Positions 58,545 through 64,000 of a stretch of 64,000 bases of DNA are shown in pieces. The stretch spans positions 17,012 through 81,011 of the forward strand of contig CAUWIY010000008.1 of the NCBI GenBank assembly GCA_963559065.1. Reading direction: 5' to 3'. The stretch comes from an uncultured Clostridia bacterium. Its GTDB lineage: Bacteria > Bacillota > Clostridia > TANB77 > CAG-508. Every line of letters begins with the position of its first letter. The stretch's first letter is position 1. A model generated the notes under the pieces. It had not been told where the DNA came from and did not search any database. It saw nothing but the letters and a program-made list of their open reading frames with translations. The position numbers and the translations under genes are program-made.

Positions 58545-61217
58545 TTACTTTTTTTCGATGTTAGCAAGTTGTAAATCATTTTGAAATCCTATTTTTTCTA
58601 ATTTAGTTTCATTCATTTTTTTCTGTAGTTCAATAATTGGAATTGGTAATATTGAAATTACAATTGTTATTATCCATTGCACTCCATTTAATGGAACTAA
58701 CTCGAATATATTTGCTAAAAAAGGAACAATTACTACTATTGATTGCACAAATATTCCTAATATAAAGCTTCCCACTAAATATTTATTTTCAAAAATTCCT
58801 GTATCAAAAATTGATTTTTCATTTTTCACATTTACACTGTGAACTAATTCTAGGAAACCAATTGCCAAAAATGCCATTGTCCTTCCTACTTCTAATCCAA
58901 AATATTTATTTCCAATACTAAATGCCACTAAAGTAAGCATTCCTATCATTGTTCCTTCTGTAATAATTTTATTCCATAATCCATCTGCAAAAATTCCCTT
59001 TTTACTATTAATTGGCTTTCTTTTCATTATATCTTTTTCTGGTTTTTCTAACCCTAATGCTATTGCTGGTAATGAATCTGTTACAAGATTAATCCATAAT
59101 AATTGTATTGCTAGTAATGGAGATTTCATGCCTAAAATCAATCCCATAAAAATAGTTACAATTTCTCCAATATTTGTTGCAATTAAAAAATGTATTGCTT
59201 TTTTTACATTATCATAAATATTTCTGCCTTGCTTTACCGCTTCTACAATTGTTACAAAATTATCATTTGTTAAAATTATATCAGCAGCATTTTTGGCTAC
59301 ATCTGTACCATTTTTTCCCATTGCAATTCCTATATCTGCATTTTTTAATGCTGGACTATCATTTACGCCATCTCCAGTCATTGCAACTACTGCTCCATTT
59401 TTTTGCCATGCCCTTACAATTCTTACTTTGTGTTCTGGAGTAACTCTTGCAAAAACTGCGTAATCTTTGATATTTTGTTCTAGCTGTTTTTGAGTAATTC
59501 TGTCTAATTCTTGTCCAGTAATTGCTTTGTCTTTTTTGTCCAATATTCCTAAATCTTTTGCAATTGCCTTTGCTGTTTCTAAATGGTCTCCTGTTATCAT
59601 TACAGTTTTAATTCCTGCTCTTTTACATGTTTTTACTGCTTCTTTTACTCCTTCTCTTGGTGGATCTATCATACCTATTAGCCCTATAAATGTTAAGTTA
59701 TTCTCAATTGTATTTGAGTCTATTTTACTTGGTAATACATCTATATCTTTGTATGCAACAGCGATTACTCTTAGTGCATTTTGTGCCATATTTTGATTTT
59801 CACTTTTTATTCTGTTCTCATTTAATCCTTGTACTCTAATTTGATTGTTACTTACATCTATATCTCCCATAATATTTAAAATTTCTTTTGTACATCTAGC
59901 TAACAATACATCTGGTGCACCTTTTGTAATAATTCTATATTTATTTCCTATTTTATGTATTGTTGTCATCATTTTTCTATTTGAATCAAATGGTATTTCA
60001 TTTATTCTAGGTGCAATTTTTTCTAATTTCTGTTTACTTTCTCCTATAAGCAATCCCTCTTCTACAATTGCTTTTTCTGTAGCTTCTCCTGTAACAATAT
60101 TTTCTCCATTCTCCACAAAAATGTCACAATCTGTGCATAAACTTGCTAATTCTATTGCAAATTTTGTTTCTTTAGATTTTACTTCTACGACTTTCATTTT
60201 ATTTTGTGTTAATGTTCCAGTTTTATCTGAGCAAATAACATTGCTACTTCCTAATGTTTCTACTGCTGGTAATTTTCTTATAATACTATGTTTCTTTGCC
60301 ATTTTAGTAACACCTATTGATAACATTATAGTTACAATAGCTGGTAGTCCTTCTGGAATTGCAGCAACAGCTAGACCTACAGATGTCATAAACATTTCGA
60401 CTGGTTCAATATGTTTAATTAATCCCATTACAAAAATGATAATACAAATTACTAAACATGCTATTCCTAATATTTTTCCAACTTCTCCTAATTTTCTTTG
60501 TAAAGGGGTTTCAGGGGTTTCGTTTTCCATCATCATGTTAGCAATTTTTCCTACATTTGTGTTCATCCCAATATCTGTTACAACAGCTTTTCCATGTCCA
60601 TTTACTGTAATACTTGCCATAAATGCCATGTTTTTTCTATCTCCTAAAGGAATTTCATTATTATAGGTTTGGTTTGCTTCTTTTAAAGATGGTTCTGTTT
60701 CCCCTGTTAAAGATGATTCTTCTATTTTTAAATTATAGCTTTCTAATATTCTAGCATCTGCTGGTACATAATTTCCCGCTTCTAAAACAATAATGTCACC
60801 TTTTACCAGTTCTTCTGCAGGTATTTCTATTGTTTTTCCATTTCTTATTACTTTTGCCATTTGTGGTGTCATCTTTTTTAATGCTTCTATTGATTTTTCT
60901 GCCTTTACTTCTTGGATTACTCCCATCAAACTATTAAAAATTACAATTCCTATTATAATAATAGAATCTATGTAGTCGCTCTCCCCTTGTATTTTAGAAA
61001 CTATTGCAGAAATGATTGATGCTATTATTAATATAATTATCATGAAATCATTAAATTGTTTTATAAATTTGATGAATATGCTTTCTTTTTTCTTTTCTTC
61101 TAACTTATTTTTTCCATCTCTTTCTTGCCTATTTTTCACTTCTTGTTCAGATAGTCCTTCTTTTTCATTTGTGTTTAAATTTTTTAGAACTTCTTCTTTT
61201 TTTAATGTATGCCACAT
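58545..61217 (-). CDS. Calcium-translocating P-type ATPase (YloB-like)
   Basis: LTGE, IPEGL, DKTGTLT, KGAP, GDGVND, LWINLVTD; sigE-like promoter. Confidence 0.92.
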   Translation of the reverse strand: MWHTLKKEEVLKNLNTNEKEGLSEQEVKNRQERDGKNKLEEKKKESIFIKFIKQFNDFMIIILIIASIISAIVSKIQGESDYIDSIIIIGIVIFNSLMGVIQEVKAEKSIEALKKMTPQMAKVIRNGKTIEIPAEELVKGDIIVLEAGNYVPADARILESYNLKIEESSLTGETEPSLKEANQTYNNEIPLGDRKNMAFMASITVNGHGKAVVTDIGMNTNVGKIANMMMENETPETPLQRKLGEVGKILGIACLVICIIIFVMGLIKHIEPVEMFMTSVGLAVAAIPEGLPAIVTIMLSIGVTKMAKKHSIIRKLPAVETLGSSNVICSDKTGTLTQNKMKVVEVKSKETKFAIELASLCTDCDIFVENGENIVTGEATEKAIVEEGLLIGESKQKLEKIAPRINEIPFDSNRKMMTTIHKIGNKYRIITKGAPDVLLARCTKEILNIMGDIDVSNNQIRVQGLNENRIKSENQNMAQNALRVIAVAYKDIDVLPSKIDSNTIENNLTFIGLIGMIDPPREGVKEAVKTCKRAGIKTVMITGDHLETAKAIAKDLGILDKKDKAITGQELDRITQKQLEQNIKDYAVFARVTPEHKVRIVRAWQKNGAVVAMTGDGVNDSPALKNADIGIAMGKNGTDVAKNAADIILTNDNFVTIVEAVKQGRNIYDNVKKAIHFLIATNIGEIVTIFMGLILGMKSPLLAIQLLWINLVTDSLPAIALGLEKPEKDIMKRKPINSKKGIFADGLWNKIITEGTMIGMLTLVAFSIGNKYFGLEVGRTMAFLAIGFLELVHSVNVKNEKSIFDTGIFENKYLVGSFILGIFVQSIVVIVPFLANIFELVPLNGVQWIITIVISILPIPIIELQKKMNETKLEKIGFQNDLQLANIEKK

Positions 61218-61389
61218 ATTTTTCACTCCTTCTTTTGTTTTATTTTAATTATATGTGGCTTGTACTTTTTTATAACTAATTCTGTTTTTATTTTTATGAT
61301 ATTTTTTTAGTCTTTTTCCATTATTCTTTGTCTTATTTTATGGAACAGAAAAAATCTTATAAATATTGAATATTTATAAGATTTCTATT

Positions 61390-61466
61390 TGGTAGCGAAG
61401 GGGAGATTCGAACTCTCGACCTGCCGGGTATGAACCGGATGCTCTAGCCAACTGAGCTACTTCGCC
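61390..61466 (-). tRNA. tRNA-Met(CAT), elongator type
   Basis: GGCGAAGTAGCTCAGTTGGCTAGAGCATCCGGTT-CAT-ACCCGGCAGGTCGAGAGTTCGAATCTCCCCTTCGCTACCA; TTGACA-17-TATAAT promoter and a downstream terminator. Confidence 0.95.
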
Positions 61467-61675
61467 ATTTCATTGACAATAACTATTATATAATGTGTTA
61501 CTGTTTTTGTCAAGCAAAATATAAGATTTTTTTATTCTTGTTTGTTGCAAAATTCAATTAGTAATATTATAAGCTATAATGTTAATAAACACTATATATA
61601 AATTCAGACTTTAATATGTATTTATTATTAAAGTCTGAATTATTTCATTTATTATTTTTAATATTAGATTTAAGT

Positions 61676-62008
61676 TTATCTATCTTCTCTTTCTTCTGTT
61701 AGTTCTTGTTGCATTGTTGCTATATTTGTTTTAATTTCTGTGTCTTTTATATTTTTAATTGGTTTATTAGTTTTCTTTTTATTTTGTTCCCTACTATTAA
61801 AATCGTTCAATAATGCTTTTATTCTTTTTGTACTTCCTAATTTTGCTTCTTCTGCAATAACTTCTTCTAGTGTTATTGTTGATTTGCTAGTATCTTGTTT
61901 TATAGAAGTACTTTCCTTATTGCTTGTAAATTTGTTTATTATATCTTTGAATATTGAGATAAAGTCTTTCCCAGATATTTTATAATCTATTTGTGTTGTT
62001 TTATCCAT
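61676..62008 (-). CDS. Hypothetical protein (110 aa)
   Basis: Own TTGCAT-17-TATAAT promoter and terminator (61601-61641); no motif recognised. Confidence 0.6.
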   Translation of the reverse strand: MDKTTQIDYKISGKDFISIFKDIINKFTSNKESTSIKQDTSKSTITLEEVIAEEAKLGSTKRIKALLNDFNSREQNKKKTNKPIKNIKDTEIKTNIATMQQELTEEREDR

Positions 62009-62194
62009 TTTTACCTTAAAACTTTATGTTTTAAGTATTCACCTCTCTTTTTTTAAAATACATATTTATTATACCATTTTCTGTAAAAAAATGCAATAGT
62101 TTTTGTTGTTTTTTATGTCTACCATATTTTTATATTAATACTGTTTATTTTGTATTATCGGTTTTATCGTTTTATTATATATGTTTAAATTCTC

Positions 62195-62893
62195 TTAATT
62201 TGACTTTATATACTCATATAATAACTCAGCAATCCTTTTGGAAGCAATTTCTAGGAACTCATTAAATGTTATCTCATTTTCGCCATTTGGAGAATCTGAT
62301 ATACTTCTCATAACAATAAATGGTATTTTATTAAGATAGCAAACTTGTGCAATAGCAGCACCTTCCATTTCTACACAATCTGCATTGAATTTGGCATATA
62401 TTTTATTTTTCATAGATATATCTGTACAGAATATATCTCCAGAAGCTATTGTCCCAATTTCTATTTTATATTCTCTATTTTTATTATTATCACTTAATTT
62501 CTGAATTTTATTCACTAATGTTTTGTCTGAATAAATAAAATCTCCTACTCCAGTAATATATCCTTTAGAATGTCCAAAAGCTGTAATGTCAAAGTCATGT
62601 TGTATTAATTTATCTGCAATAATTACATCTCCTATATTAATAAAAGGATTCAGTGCTCCGGCTACACCAATATTAACAACATATTCTATATCAAAATAAT
62701 CTATAAGAATTTGTGTTGCCATTGCAGAATTTACTTTACCAATTCCACATTGAACTAATACAACTTTCTTTCCTGCAATTTTTCCTTCTATAAATGTTAT
62801 ATGTTTTATTTCTTTTTCTTGTGGTTCTTCTACATATTTTTTAATTTCCTCTAATTCTTCTTGCATTGCAACTATTATTCCTATATTTTTCAT
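62195..62893 (-). CDS. mtnN: 5'-methylthioadenosine/S-adenosylhomocysteine nucleosidase
   Basis: IGIIVAMQEE, GIGKVN, VEMEGAAIAQV, RSISD. Confidence 0.95.
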   Translation of the reverse strand: MKNIGIIVAMQEELEEIKKYVEEPQEKEIKHITFIEGKIAGKKVVLVQCGIGKVNSAMATQILIDYFDIEYVVNIGVAGALNPFINIGDVIIADKLIQHDFDITAFGHSKGYITGVGDFIYSDKTLVNKIQKLSDNNKNREYKIEIGTIASGDIFCTDISMKNKIYAKFNADCVEMEGAAIAQVCYLNKIPFIVMRSISDSPNGENEITFNEFLEIASKRIAELLYEYIKSN

Positions 62894-63043
62894 ATCAATT
62901 TTCCCTTCATATTTAGTAATTTTGTTTTATAAAGTTTTTGCTTATTATTCTATATATTAATATAATTTATAATAAAGGTCAATAATTTATGAATAAAACA
63001 TAAAAAAACCATGCTAATAAATAACATGGTTTTATAAATTGAA

Positions 63044-63409
63044 TTATTGTAGTTCAACAACTGCTCCAACTTCTGTAAATTTAGCTTTTAAGTCTTCTGC
63101 TTCTTCTTTAGAAACATTTTCTTTTACTGTTTTTGGTGCTCCGTCTACTAATTCTTTAGCTTCTTTTAATCCTAATCCTGTAGCATCTCTAACTACTTTA
63201 ATTACTTTTATTTTTTGATCTCCAGCTTCTGTTAATACAACGTTGAAAGATGTTTTTTCAGCTGCAGCTTCTCCTGCTACTGCTCCAGCTACTGGTGCAG
63301 CTGCTGCTACTGCAGATACTCCAAATTCTTCTTCTATAGCTTTTACTAAATCAGCTAATTCTACTACTGTCATTTTTTTGATTTCTTCAATCATTTCTTC
63401 TTTATTCAT
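63044..63409 (-). CDS. rplL: 50S ribosomal protein L7/L12
   Basis: [25 protein letters not shown]. Confidence 0.98.
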   Translation of the reverse strand: MNKEEMIEEIKKMTVVELADLVKAIEEEFGVSAVAAAAPVAGAVAGEAAAEKTSFNVVLTEAGDQKIKVIKVVRDATGLGLKEAKELVDGAPKTVKENVSKEEAEDLKAKFTEVGAVVELQ

Positions 63410-63501
63410 TTTTTAATCCTCCTAATTTATTTTTTGTTATTTTATTTTTGTATTATTCATACATATTTGTAGTTCTTAATTATAAATTTAATTTATTATA
63501 A

Positions 63502-64000
63502 TTATGCTTCTGCTTCTACTGTAGCTTCAGCTGTAGAACCTTCTTCTTTTTGAATTCTAACTTGATCAAGTGCAACTGCAAATTTTGAAATATTTGCAAG
63601 TAATGCTCCAGCAAGCATAGATAGTAAAGTTTCTTTTGATGGTAATTTTGCTAATGTAATGATTTCTTCTGCTGTCATTACTTTTCCATCTATTACTCCA
63701 CCTTTAATTTTATAATATTCATTGTTTTTTGTAAAATTATAAATTGCTTTTGTTGGTTCTAAGTAATCTTCATTGCTCATTATAACAGCTGTAGGTCCTA
63801 CTAATTGTTCTTCTAAACCTTCAATACCTGCTTCTGCTAATGCTCTTCTTGTAATGTTGTTTTTTATAACAGCATATTCTCCATTTACTTTTCTTAATTC
63901 AGCTCTTAATTCTGTTACATTTTCAACATTAATTCCTCTGTAATCTGTTAAAAGTACTAATTTAGCTTCTTTAATTTTATTAGCTAATTTTGTTACTTCT
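63502..64000 (-). CDS. rplJ: 50S ribosomal protein L10 (5' end lies beyond the window)
   Basis: Open frame to the window edge with DYRGINV, VIKNNI.RRA, GPTA, LAKLPS; upstream of rplL. Confidence 0.95.
   Translation of the reverse strand, partial: EVTKLANKIKEAKLVLLTDYRGINVENVTELRAELRKVNGEYAVIKNNITRRALAEAGIEGLEEQLVGPTAVIMSNEDYLEPTKAIYNFTKNNEYYKIKGGVIDGKVMTAEEIITLAKLPSKETLLSMLAGALLANISKFAVALDQVRIQKEEGSTAEATVEAEA

Noticed and set aside
59845..60666. Long antisense ORFs (also 3832-4431, 23469-24149, 26775-27428, 54257-54847 and others)
   Set aside because: Shadow frames opposite well-supported genes; Phe/Ser/Ile-rich composition and no RBS.
61390..62008. Prophage or island integrated at tRNA-Met
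   Set aside because: No duplicated tRNA 3' end and no integrase seen in the window.

Overview
AT-rich chromosomal segment from a spore-forming, low-GC Clostridia-type bacterium. An uncultured gut TANB77/CAG-508-like lineage is a guess, based on the E5-less pilin-like leader and the general gene style. Most of the window is housekeeping genes (ribosomal proteins, gatCAB, uvrC, glmS with its ribozyme, truA, rnhB, Clp ATPase, tRNA-Met) and sporulation genes (yqfCD, pdaA, bofA, bofC, yunB, sipL, Ca-ATPase). No integrase, transposase, phage or CRISPR-cas genes were seen. Main observations: (1) comEC is interrupted at exactly three in-frame CGG codons; skipping the C each time gives a Gly codon and restores a full-length ComEC. 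I found no in-frame CGG in the other core genes, which suggests CGG-triggered +1 recoding. (2) Two copies of a ~410-bp nested palindrome carry a 137-bp core that is flipped between 21-bp inverted repeats, and each copy lies just downstream of a self-contained orphan gene. (3) Four GC-shifted, CGG-containing orphan cassettes each have their own promoter and terminator. (4) A convergent agrAC/agrBD quorum-sensing locus includes an uncalled 39-aa AgrD with an unusually long predicted ring. (5) A candidate anti-SD sRNA follows htrA and shares htrA's TTCACA-N5-TTCACA box. (6) Also present: a stand-alone VirD4-like coupling protein, REP-like repeats, and hairpin-split ribosome-binding sites.
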